A stretch of DNA of 64,000 nt from Raillietiella orientalis. Lineage: Eukaryota. The DNA lies in the NCBI GenBank assembly GCA_036172245.1, contig JAYWIR010000001.1, positions 1,922,001 to 1,986,000 on the forward strand, given 5' to 3'. The notes below the pieces were generated by a model. That model did no database searches. It had not been told where the DNA came from and saw only the letters and a program-made list of their open reading frames with translations. The translations under genes and the position numbers were made by a program. This document shows positions 1-56,906 of the stretch, one piece after another (positions within the stretch are counted from its first letter, which is position 1; every line of letters starts with the position of its first letter).

Positions 1-606
1 GCACTTCGTTACCCTGGTTTGCTGGCCTCCGGTAGCTGTCCTCTCCTCTTCTGCCGTCCCGTCGTCCGTCCGTTCTTCCCTTCCTCCTCCTCATCGTCCT
101 TCTCCCGCGCCGGGTGGACCCCTGCCTCCGGCACAGCATGGCAGACCTTCCGCGAGCGCGAGGGGACGTGGTGGCCCCATGCCCCGGAGGCGTGCGCCGT
201 CCTTGGCGTAAAGTCCCCGGCGAACGTGTTCGCTCTCTTCCCGGTTCGCGGACGGGAGACGCCGGGATGCCAAGGATCCTCTGCGGATCGTTCGTGGGTC
301 AAAGAACAGGGAGGGGCTCGCGGAGGCTCAACGAGCGCATTCAAGGACCCGACTGCGCTCCCTTGTAATGAGCTGCCTCTCCTTCCATCGCACGAGCGCT
401 CTCTCTCCCTTTGCGGGAGAGCGCCCTGGCAGCAGACCTCGAGGGCGCTTCCGGAATCTCCCTCGAGTCTCCCTGCCGTGTCCTCCGGTCGAAGCTCCCT
501 GGTCGTCTGCCTCGGACGCTCCCCTACTCCTCCCCCCCCCCAAGGAACGACGCAGCAGCAGCCAATCCGGGGTTTTCTCTGTAATTTGCTCGTAGGTCAG
601 CGTGAG

Positions 607-45913
<45,307 letters not shown>

Positions 45914-47913
45914 ACCCGAGTGACCAGCTCAGATGACGGGTAATCTGCTCCCAGCGAGGATGCACAATCATCCGACATCACGTCTCATCAACAGAAAGTA
46001 GTTTTTTTCCATAAGTGTATGTTGTCGTTTAATATCCTAACTTAGGAGTGCAAACAGTTATTTTTTGTAGAGATTTCATAGTAAATATAGTACACTGACA
46101 ATACTCGTGTATGTGCTTGTGTATGCGTGTGTTTTTGCATCGCCCTCCTTCACGATTCAGCGCGGCATTTGGAACTGAAAACTGAAACCACTGACCTGCA
46201 GGTAGTGTAAAGTACCACGCCCTTTGGCGGTGTGACCAAAAAGTGTTGCTTCTCGGACGCATCACGGTTCGGTGAAAAGCGGACAGACAACTGACCAAGA
46301 CCTTGTACACAAAGGTTCTCCATTCCATTCAAGGACAAGTGTACTAGCAGCCGCCTCGAGATGTTTGGTGATCCATCTTCTGGCGCCGCGGCAGCAACTC
46401 TGCCGTCTCCATCCAAAGATCTTTGGCTGAGAATGTCACGCCGTCTCACATCCGATCTTGATCCATGATGGGTTCCCAAAAACAGTCGAGATAATTCTGG
46501 AAGGTAAAACACCAATGTTTGACCAATGTTTGGGCGCCACTGAAGCCACACTGAAGAGAGCTGAGCTTTGCAAAGATTATTCGTTGCTCGGTAGCAAAAT
46601 AGAGGAAATGAAAACAAACAAACATACCAAAAAAATGACAAAGTGCAGATAGATAAAAGTAGAAGGAGCAAAGCCCCGTTCCGTTATTTCATATTCTTTG
46701 CGGCTAAACACGGAGATTTTTGACTCTTCTAATAAATTGAAAGGAAGTAAGCTGTTTGTGGATTTGCGAAGGCTGAGGGTTAGTGGAATCGTGAGCCGAA
46801 TCAAAAGCCACCAACAAAAAAATTTGAAGACGCGGTTCTACTCTTACTTTGGAGGGCTTACAAAATCTTGAGTGGGAAGTGGGAAAGCCTCACAAAGTGT
46901 TGGGAAAAAGTTGACGTTGTTCGTAGAGGAAACCGGACCTAGGCCGAGAAAAACACCGCTGGTGTCGGTTCGCGGCCACCCTGCTGCATTCTAACCGACT
47001 GTCTGCAAGCGTCCTCCGGCTTCTCTTGAGCGCCGGAGGCGCTAGGTGGCGCCGTGAAAGTTCAAATCCAACAACAGCTGAAGAAGACTGGCAAAGCCGT
47101 CCCCGAAGGCGACAGAAGCTTCTGGACGCTTGCGAATCTCCAGGACGAGGTGGTTTTGGAGGAGCTCTTTGGAATGGAGTGTACGTGCTGCTGCTCTTCG
47201 AATTGCGGAAGGATTCCGAGACGCAGGACCGATTCCTTCCGGACATCTCTCTCGGATCTCACGTGCGCACGCGCTCTCGTTGAACGTGGCGAATGGTAAC
47301 GTGGAAATTCGCACGGCCTCCTACTTTGCTCTTCTTCCGTCTCAAGTTTTCCCTCATTTCCTTTCCTTTGCTCTGGGTTGCCGAGCTGTCGTCGTACGAA
47401 TAAACAAAAAGATTCTTTTCCAAACAACCTCCTGTTTGTCTGCTGGATCATTAGAAGCGGCTCAGATGAGCTCAGATGAACTTTGGTTACTCCTGAGAGC
47501 CGGTAAGCGAATTCGACTGGAGTGAGTCGGAAGCAGATTCAGGGGTTGCGAGCTCATGGTGCTCGTCTACAAACACGCGCACATGTCTACACGTCTCGTT
47601 CAAGAACCCAAGTATCTATTATTTTATCAATTTCGTACGTGATGTGCACGGGAATACCAACAAGCAGACGCGTGTTTGGCTGCGTTCGGTGCAGTGATCA
47701 ACTCTGGCCCAGAATTTTTATAAGCGAGCAATCACGTTAATCGAAAGCATGAAAGCAAAAAAGGAAAGAAACAGCACCAATAGAAGAGTTTTCAAAAGGT
47801 TTGGGGATCATTTCTGGCTCTAATGGTTTGTCTAAATCTTCTTTCCAAACCATACACGCAGTTTTATAGCCACCCTTATTACTGATACACAGCTTGAGTG
47901 CCTTTCTTAAAGT

Positions 47914-48825
47914 GTGCCAGCGTCGGAGGCTTTGTGGTTAAGGCTTCCGTGCTTGGCACCAGAATGGAATGATGTAACCCACAGCCTCACACCATGCGTC
48001 GCGGGTTCGAATACTCCGGCAGAAACTGACGCCACTGCGTCGTTGGGTTTCTCCTGCAATGGCGCTGGTTGGCCTCATCATTCGGGCGTGGCACCGGTGG
48101 TGGTTTAAGCCGGAGGCCCCCGATGAAGGCCGGAACAATGGGAGTCGGCCTTCGGATCTCTCCAGGAATCAAGGAGTGGGGAGTTCCCCCTCCTGTCGTG
48201 CAATGGAGAGCAGACCCCCCACAACGGGGGGACCCCTCCGGTTTCAACATGGATCAGGAGCTTTCACAGGCACCTCTCCAATTGTTCAAAGGAGCGGACC
48301 CCCCTGTTGCGGGGGGGACCCTCCGAGTCGTTGCCTTTTCACAGAGTGCAAGGAAGCAGGCGAGAGCGATTCCCTGCGGGAAGCTGCAGCGCCCCTTCGG
48401 GGTTCTCTTCAGAGGAGTGAACAGGAGCGGTTCCCTTGCGGGTTCCCTCCGGAGAAGAAATTCCTACTAGCCGATCCTTTCCGGGTTCCCTTCGGAGAAC
48501 ATGGAATAAAGAGGACCACCCCCATTAGGGGGGTTCCCTCCTGAAAGAATGAGGAAGGAGATTCCCTTCGGGGTTCCCCTTCGGAGACAACCAGGGTGGG
48601 AGGTGCGATCCTCCCTCCCCAAACGTGATAGGAACGGCCACCAAGCCTTCCTGGATTCATAGGGCGGACCCTCCCTTCGGGGGTGCCCCCTATCTTGAAG
48701 AATAACACTCACCCTCCGCGGGTGGCGTGGAACAGTGTTAAAGGGCCACGAGCGCCGCGAGGCACGCGACATAGGTACTCCTGAGGACGCACTCTTGAGG
48801 TACTTAGCGTACCAAAAAAAGAAAA
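47914..48825 (+). mobile_element. Full-length tRNA-derived SINE (~912 bp, subfamily 1) with 13-bp TSD
   Basis: A-box-like GGCTTTGTGGTTAAGGC, B-box GGTTCGAATAC (48004-48014), A-rich tail AAAAAAAGAAAA, flanking direct repeat cctttcttaaagt at 47901-47913 and 48826-48838; colinear with 22387-23341. Confidence 0.88.
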
Positions 48826-49577
48826 CCTTTCTTAAAGTTCCCTAGCTGCCAGCGCAGTTTAGGCTGAAGACATGCTTCTTTCTTAAGTGCTTTTTGATCT
48901 CCTGACCGGAGATGGACTCGCCGAACCACGCATCCAACGAAAGAATCCCGGATTTCGTTGCAAAAGGAGGACCATCCTCAGAACGTCCTCAGGCTTGTAG
49001 CAGAGACGACTGGGGCTTCTGCGAATTGACCGCAGGTTTCGCCCGTGAGTGTCCATTAAAAGTCCGGAAGCAAGCGGGGTCCATAGTTCCTAAAAGTCCA
49101 ACAAGTGGTCATTCATGCGATCCCTATCCTTGAGAGTGCGACAACGAAACCCGCAGGAGTGTTCGCGCTTTCACACACCGGGCAGAGGCGGCCTTTGTCC
49201 GTCTTCCGGGATCCATCGCGTTCAGGAGAGGCATGCAGCTATCCAGTGGACAGAAGACGAAAGAGCCTTGTTGTGGTCCACCTGCGTGCTGTTTGCGCTG
49301 AATCGAAGATGATCGTTTTTGAACTCTCTGCCAGAGACGGCCGTCGCATAGAGAGTTTCGTATGTCCGTGTGCCCCCAAGCTCTCGTCAGTTCTCACCCC
49401 TACAGCGCAAAAGTAACGAGAAGAGTAATTCACTGTGAAGATGACCACAGGAAATTCGTTAGTGGCGATCTGTCTTCATTCTCGCTGATCATGCAGCTGC
49501 TACTAAATAATTTCCTAGAGAACGTTCCTGACCCGAAAATTCGATCTGTGCGACAGACAAAATTTTTGGCCACCAAC

Positions 49578-50378
49578 GCGGGCCGTGGGCCTCGTTCGAA
49601 TGCGGTCTCCGCGCGTGTTGCCGAGGATCGCGGGTTCGAACCCTCCCGGGGAAAGAAGGATCGACGTCGAGAACGGGCGGTGCGTCGTGGTTTCGAGTTG
49701 CCTCCCGCAGGATGGCGCAGGTTAACCCATTCGGGTGAGGCACCGGTTGACACCCGGTCACGCCGGGACGTTTATTTATAAAAATAAACATCGATGGCTG
49801 TGGCAGGACGTTTGATTCTGATACGTTACTTATGGATACAAAAAGGAACCTTCCGGGATCGGGCATGCGGGCCAATCAGGATCACCTCGACAGGAAGGGG
49901 GGAAACAAGCAAAAAAAAACATGGGACCATCTTGACGCGATTACTCCTCTGAGAGTGAGGCACTGGTTGACACCCGGTCACGCCGAACCGTTCACACCGG
50001 GCTTCTGAGGGTGAAGCACTGGTGGAAAGCGGATACCCCTGTTGACTGGCCGGGATCGGAATTTGATCCTCAAGAGTCCTTCCGGGAATCAAAAGCCGTT
50101 CAGGGTTCTCCTCCGGTTGAGAAAATAAAGCCGATCCATGGAGCTGCTTCAAACCATTCTCTGGGGGTGCCCTTCCAGAGCGTAAGAAGCGAGCTACTTC
50201 CTTCGGAAAGCGACCCTTCAGAAAAATTGGGAGACGTCCCTTCGGGGTTCTCTACAGAGGAAGATACAAGGAGCGGCTCTCTTGCGGGTTCTTTTCGAAG
50301 ATGAAATTTTAGGAGCGGATCTGTTCCGGGTTCCCTCCGGAGAAGAAACGAGGAGTGCCCTCTCCTTCGGGAAGGCCA
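49578..50378 (+). mobile_element. tRNA-derived SINE, subfamily 2, 3'-truncated and interrupted by nested inserts
   Basis: CGCGGGTTCGAACCCTCCCGGGGAA head nearly matches the 9790 copy; hairpin modules to ~50378. Confidence 0.75.
49748..49954 (-). mobile_element. ~207-bp LINE 3' end nested in a SINE
   Basis: Ends AATAAA-CGTCCCGG-CGTGA-CCGGG-TGTCA; flanked by gtgaggcac(c/t)ggt at 49735-49747 and 49955-49967. Confidence 0.65.
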
Positions 50379-50379
50379 G

Positions 50380-51570
50380 CTAGACCAGATGATGGACCAC
50401 GCCCTGGTGCGCACCAGCTCGGCCCCTCGCGACGAGCGCAACCGGCTGCAAGGGACTCACATCTCTCCTGGTCGCCCGAGAGAGATTGCTGACGCGTTGC
50501 GGGTACCAACTGCTCCAGATGGTTGCCCTGGTGGAGGAGAACACCTCGAACTGCCTTCCCACGAACCGCACCGTCTGGCTCCAGGAGGAAGTCTTCGTCT
50601 GAAGAAAGATCCACAGCGCGAGCAAGGCGGGGTACTCCTGATTGCAGCGAGTCGAGTGGTTGGAGGAGGTCGTCCACCCCGCTTGCTCCAGTGCTGCCCT
50701 CCCTAAGGGGCACAAGGGACAGCGTGATCCCGGCAAGGTGGGAAGCGACGTGCTGCATAGCAGCAAAGACGAAACTTCTGAGCAGGTGGATAACTCTGGA
50801 AGTGACGGACGCTGCGACCCGAATGTCCCGCCGAAAGGACTTGCACGCTGGGGAGAGCTGCTCGGCATCCCTCCGGAGGTCAAGTGGCTCCCGTCGTGCT
50901 GGAACAGCGGCGCCCTCCACCAGGAGTGGCGGAAGTTGGCGTTGCCGGTGGCGCATGGGGGAATCCCGTGCAAAGCAGTAGACACGGGGGAGCGTAGACG
51001 ATCGGTGCGACAGGTGAGGGAAGAAGGAGACCCTCCCGCGCCTGCTGTTGGGCTGTGCTGCGCTCCGACCCCTTCGGCATCGCCTGGTGGCGATGTGGTA
51101 GGCGGTCCCAGGGACATTTTCAGACTTCTCTTCGCGCGCGTTTCCGCACTCCTTCGCAGTTCCCTTCTGTCTCTGAGGGATTACAGCGACCTAGTACGCC
51201 AGAAGAAGAGGTCGAAGTGGTAGGGATGTCATCCACTGGTCGCGGATCTTCCTGAGGACCGCCTCGAGATGGCCCCATCTGGGAGTCTTGAAACATGAAC
51301 TTGCCGGCATCCTGACCAGGATGCAGAGGACTCCTGGCAGCATACTGTGATCCCTTCCTCGGCCCCCCTTCCCTCCCCATGTATAATTCCCTCTCCCCTG
51401 TTTTTGTGTGCGTTTTTGTTTCCCCTTTCCCCACGCTACCGAAGCGGACCTCGCCGGTCTGCGTTCCAATCTGGGGCAGGTTCGTTGCTCCTGGTAGAAC
51501 CACTTGTTCTACCACACCAATGTATTTTCATTACTTTACGTAATAAATGTTCGGCATAACCGGAAGATAA
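50380..51570 (+). mobile_element. 5'-truncated, decayed L1/Tx1-like LINE: ORF2 C-terminus, 3' UTR and structured terminus
   Basis: WRKLALPVAHGGIP then (frameshift) DRCDR*GKKETLPRLLLGC zinc-knuckle remnant, C-terminal RWPHLGVLKHELAGILTRMQRT, pyrimidine-rich UTR, AATAAA 51542. Confidence 0.7.
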
Positions 51571-54094
51571 TCACCCTAGTAAACGGCCCATAGTAACGAC
51601 CACCCCGTGACGTCGCTACTGGCTTTTTTAAAGAAAAAAAGCCAGCCATTCCATGTTGGCTCAACACAAGCAAGATGAGATGCAAAACTCTGAAACATTC
51701 TCAGTTGTGTCTCGCGTCTTTTAGAGAATTCCCGTACGTTTCTCTCCATAGTAATAAGAATGTAGCGACTTTGTATGGCTTGATGAAGCATGAGCATTTT
51801 CACAATGATTTCTCACATGCATGCAAGACAGACATTTTGTATCCAATCAGTCAGATGATCGGAAACTGCTGATGACAGGTGATGTATCCAGCTGAAGAAA
51901 AATTGCCGCTTCTGGCAGAGCGATCGGAGCTAACCGGCAGTCTCACTATGGAAGCATTCCACAAGGGGGGAAGTGAAACCAAAGGGACTTTTGGAAATCT
52001 TCCTCGCTGCCGGAGGTTCGCACACGCTGCAAGCCAAGTGCCAAAGGAACCGAGCTGGGAGCCTGAAGTAAGCGCTGCGGAGACAAAAACCTGCTGGCGC
52101 TCAGTGAAGCACGACTTCATGGGGAGTTGGAAGGCAAGCAAGAGAAGTAATGGCCAAGCAGCACACCATGGAGATGAGGGCTGATGGGACATCTGAGAGC
52201 ACAATGATCTCCGAGGGAATCTGCGACTCAGAACTCGAAGCTGCTTGTCTCAGCAGCTACTGCGTGCGGACAAGATGCAAAGTATCGATCAAAGGAAGTG
52301 AACCGTGTCTTGGAGATAGCATTTCTCATGGGGAACTGCTTAAGAATTTTCCTCAATGATTATTTTTTTTGATAATTTTGATCCCAGCGGGGTAACCCTG
52401 CAGGACTTGGCCTGAACAACCGAGTGGTGTGTGAATCGTGAGCAGAGTGGTCGTCACATTTGTTCATGAATAATGCTGATGAGCTTCAAGAACCAATTAC
52501 TCAAATATACGGATCGCATCGATATCTTTCGGTGGCATTACTGAATTAATGAATTCCATCAAAGAGGCATTAATACTGATACAATATTGCTATAAACTAG
52601 AGAGTTTTTTTGTGGACTTTTCACACGGCTATAAAGAGTTGTCAAAACAAAAAAGCAGACCACTGCCACAGGCATGCTCTGGACAGGATTCAGAAACAGA
52701 GGTAAACGGTGAAGCTTCATCATTAGCATCCATATGAAAAATGCTGATGATAATATGAAAATGGATACATTTCCGCGTCACTTATCAAGCCAGCGAATAA
52801 GAAACAGGAGTCCTGCCATCTGTATTTTAAAAAACGATGAGCCGATGAAAAATATGAACGTGGCTCGCGCACTCCAGTCCCCGAAGTGTGGCTCTTCTAC
52901 CAACCACTTCGTAAATTCTGGAGAGCAGCGTCCTACCACTCACGCAGGCTTGCCAATTTTTGCAGTCAGCAGTGCTGAAAGGAAGCAAATTTTCCTCTGT
53001 GCGTTTCCCACAAGTTCATTCCATCTCTTAGCAATTTTTTTTTCTCTGTTTTTTTGTCTTTCGGGAGCCACTATGCACATCTCCCTACTACATGCTGCAG
53101 CCCTACTGACTTTCGAAATGCTTCTACAAAGGGGACTTGGAACAAAGCAGTTTCGGTTATCACCCTGAAATGAAAATCACTCATCTTTGAAAAAAGAATT
53201 ATTGGTTGCCAAATGAACCTCAAATGGGGATCATGTCGTCGTATACAGCCTTTTGCTCTAAAATCTACTGGAGCGTTACAAATGCATTCTTCTTCCTCCT
53301 GTCTGATGATTCCTCCGTCACTCTTTCTAAAATTACAGAGTCCCCAGCCGTGCAGAATCACTTCTGCATCCTTGGACATATCAATGGTTCTCAAGAAGCT
53401 ACGCAAAAGCAGTCATCTTTACGTTACCCAGAGCGACAAATTAGAACAGTAAGTGATTCTTTGAAATAATAGGCAAATTAACTGTTCATCTGGATCCCAT
53501 AGGTGCTGTTGCGTCTACTCAGGTGACTGGGCTCATGATAACTGACCTCCGTTGCACGAGTATTCGTTTCTCGGCTATTCCAAATTACGTTCCATGAAGC
53601 ACTGTGGTTGTTTTGAACTATTCACCTTCTTCTTCAACGCGCAAACTTTAAGGGATGCTTAGAACAAAACAAAGTACACACTAAAAACGGGAAACAATTC
53701 TAGGAAATTTAAGCATCAGCAATCCAAATGTGAGAACAGTTCTTGCATTGGATAGGAACTGCCTTTGATATCTCTCTAAGCAAATCTGCGAATCTCCAGG
53801 CAGTCAGAAGTAGTTTACTAGTGGCCTAACGGACTATCACTGAAACTATCAAGGTCTCAGGAGAGAAAAGAAAAGTATGGGAAGAGCAATGAGACGATTT
53901 TTGGTGGCATTATTATAGCAAGGAATACATTAGAGAGTCGTCTGTTCATAATTGAGAACTTCAAGGAAAATACCAAAAATATATTTGCAGACAAAATACC
54001 CCCGTAATGAGTACCTCAAGAACGCCACTACACTTATGTAATTATGCCGAATAGAATTTTGAAGGTGTCATAGCGGTAGGGTAACAACCTGCCG

Positions 54095-54380
54095 TTTAAC
54101 GATGGCCATCGCTTTACGATATCATGTCGCGAAACTGACGAAAGCAAAACGTGGTTGCTAAAGGTCGTTGTGAAAGGGACGAAAACAAAGAGTCGTTGCT
54201 GAAGGTCGTTGTGAAAGAGACGAAAGCAAAACCGTCGCTGCGAAAGAGACGAAAGCAAAAGCGTCATGGTAAACCACAAACTTCCGAATTCTGAAATGAA
54301 ATTTGAACCACTAATGTGACCACTAATGACCACATGCGTAGGTATATACGTGACAGTAACGTATACCTACGCACGTATGT
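54095..54380. repeat. Short imperfect tandem array (core gtcgttgtgaaagagacgaaagcaaaa) flanked by palindromes
   Basis: About four units at 54125-54265, gaccactaat repeats, palindrome cgatggccatcg, hairpin tgcgtaggtata...tatacctacgca at 54335-54373. Confidence 0.7.
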
Positions 54381-55039
54381 GATACTCACCTTTTAGACGG
54401 AAAGGGGCCAAAAGCTTGGAATGGAATTGCACGACCATACCAAATCATTCCTTACAACGTCGACAAAACATTAAAGCAAATACTAAAAACACTGCATGAT
54501 TACCACTGAATAGAAAGCAGTCCGTCTAAGACAAAAAGATGGAGGAAGCATTCTACAATATCGCCAAGAAAAGATCCTCAGTAGGTAATTAAAAAAATCT
54601 TTACAAGGGAGACTAAAAAAAAAATATAAATCAAAGTCCTAATGTGCGTAAATTCCAGTGGGTCGAAGAAATATATTCCTGGTTTATATCTAGAAGCATA
54701 AAACTACGCAAGCGAAGAAACTCGAAAAGCAAAAGAAGAATGTTGGTACCCAATCATACCGAAAATAGCACCAGTCGGCCATTTTCGTGCCATTAATAAT
54801 AACACCAAGTTAAAGCATTGGATGCAATAAACTGACGTGTTAAAATGACTCGTTTATTGGTTGAAGATCGATTTTCTTTGGATAAAGTGCATTAAATAAA
54901 TTGTGCTTCATGATTTAAATGAATCTGAATTTCGGAAGTTACCGTTCACTCCGCTCCGCACTGCTTCCCGGAGAGACGATTTCTTGCAGCAGCACATCCT
55001 CCTTCGAAAGGCCCGCTCAAGGGTGGCGAGTTTTCACTG

Positions 55040-55600
55040 AGGGCCTCCAGAGGTGCTCTGAAGCCGTGCGGTTACGGCTGTCGTGACCTATGCCATCCAC
55101 CGTTGTTCACTTTAGTGTTCCCACCTCGAGAAGAGAACGGACAGCATCCTCACATCATGGGTAGGGTGCTGCAACGACAGGTCAGCATCGTTGTCGTTAC
55201 ACGAAGTCGCACAAGAGCCACACAGCCACGCAGGTCTGTGGATCACAGCCGTCGCGATCCATAAACCACGTTTGCTTTGCCAGCCTGCAAAGGTTTGTGG
55301 CAAAGGCATGAACCGCCTACAAGTGTGGATGGGTCCATGGACTTCGAGAACTTCGAGAACGAAACAGCATTGCTGGCAACGGGGAGGACAAATGAAGTGT
55401 GGTGGGCGCAGGTCACGAAAACAAAGCCCTCGTAGAAAAGATTTCGCTGTGGAAATGGAAAACCCATCGAAGAAGACCCACGGACAAACGCAACGAATCT
55501 GAAGATGCCGAACCGGGAAGAGGCAGACGTCATTAGGAACACACAAAGACCCCAGGGGGTAGCACCACAAACACCTCTAATGTTGACCTGAACGGATGAT
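55040..55600 (+). mobile_element. Decayed Penelope-like element end (GIY-YIG remnant plus damaged hammerhead motif)
   Basis: VVTYAIHRCSL*CSH...SASLSLH...H...W...MNR in GIY-YIG order, followed by CTGAAGA-TGCC-loop-GGCA-GACGTC at 55499-55531. Confidence 0.5.
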
Positions 55601-56807
55601 TTCCGACACAACTTAAGAGTACGAGTTTCTTCAATCGGACAAGCGAGTCATTTCTCTTAAGGATTTAATCCAATCCCACCTTTATGACTTCATCAGGAGC
55701 TGGAAGATTTTCCGCCCCGCTCGCTCCAGCCACTTAACTCTTTCTGAGCTTCCGACATCCGTAAACATTTCGTCGACCTTTTCCCCCCTTTGAAATAATT
55801 CCCACACGGCTCAGTACCGTTACCGTCTACCTTTTGGCTATCATTTGGCCTTCGAACCCAAAGCAGCATTCACATTTGATTCCGTATCCCTCTTAGAGTG
55901 GGTTTTTTTCAAAACGAATAAATAAATTCAAAAGCCATGAATAACTCCATGTTGTTTCTTGGAATAAGTACGATTAACGAGAACGAGCATAAGCAAATAG
56001 CACGCATCAAAATAAATTTGAAAAGCCTTTAGGCAGAACGGGCGAAACTCGAAAAATCAACCGTCACTTCATCACTTAATCTTGCAATGAGAGTTTGGAA
56101 ACTTCTCATAAGCACAAGCAAATATGCGTCGTTCACAGAAATTCCTTTGGATGTGTGTTTTTGTGCACGAAGCACTTGGAAACGAGCATCCATCCACGGT
56201 AGTCCGACGGGGGGTAACCACAGTTCCATTTACAAAAACATTCACATTTGGTAGCACCTTAAGACACAAATTAATACATTCTGAATCTGAACACAAGATG
56301 TATTTGGCAATCACCTCTTTTTCTTAAAAGATAATCAAACATTGGGAAAAACAAAAAAAAAACAAAAAAAAAAAAAACAACGACCCCGTTACAAAATACA
56401 TAAATATATTCTTTCAGAAATCAATAATATAAAGTAAGAGAATATCTTGGTTATCAGATTTGTGACTGGCGCTTGCTAATACCCGAAGCCAATATTGCTG
56501 CCAGTTTGCTTTCTTTCAGTGGGAAGGGCAAATAGAATGAAGCAGCGTATGCAATTTACTTGCAATGACTAGAAGTGCAAGCTGGAGCCTGCTGCAAACA
56601 CCATAGCATAACCTCATCAGGAAACCAATAACCTTATTCTTACAGAAACCACTGAGGGCAAAAATTTTATATAAAGGGCAGGCTCTTCGGCAATGGTACC
56701 ATGTGGTTTGAGAATCGAACTAATGGTTTAAGCATTCAACAAGGCACCTGAAGAGCTGCATACTTTCCAGTAGAATAATAAGCGTATTACATAGATCACG
56801 TTCAGAT

Positions 56808-56906
56808 TCAAAGATCATCAAAGGATGAGGCAGCCAAACTTGCTGCAGAATTGTGAAGATATGTGGAGTTTGAGCCTGTAGAAGACTGCTGCAACTGGGT
56901 TATGAG
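56808..56906 (-). CDS. ATXN7: ATXN7 exon 8 (LITQLQQ...SSFDDL stop)
   Basis: Acceptor aattttccag after a 47-nt intron, TGA at 56810-56808; no homology support. Confidence 0.6.
   Translation of the reverse strand, partial: LITQLQQSSTGSNSTYLHNSAASLAASSFDDL

Noticed and set aside
562-566. CCAAT box as the gene 1 promoter
   Set aside because: A splice-acceptor-like site at 594-595 suggests this is intronic; a single short motif is uninformative
54125-54265. CRISPR-like array
   Set aside because: Eukaryotic context, degenerate contiguous repeats without unique spacers, no cas genes
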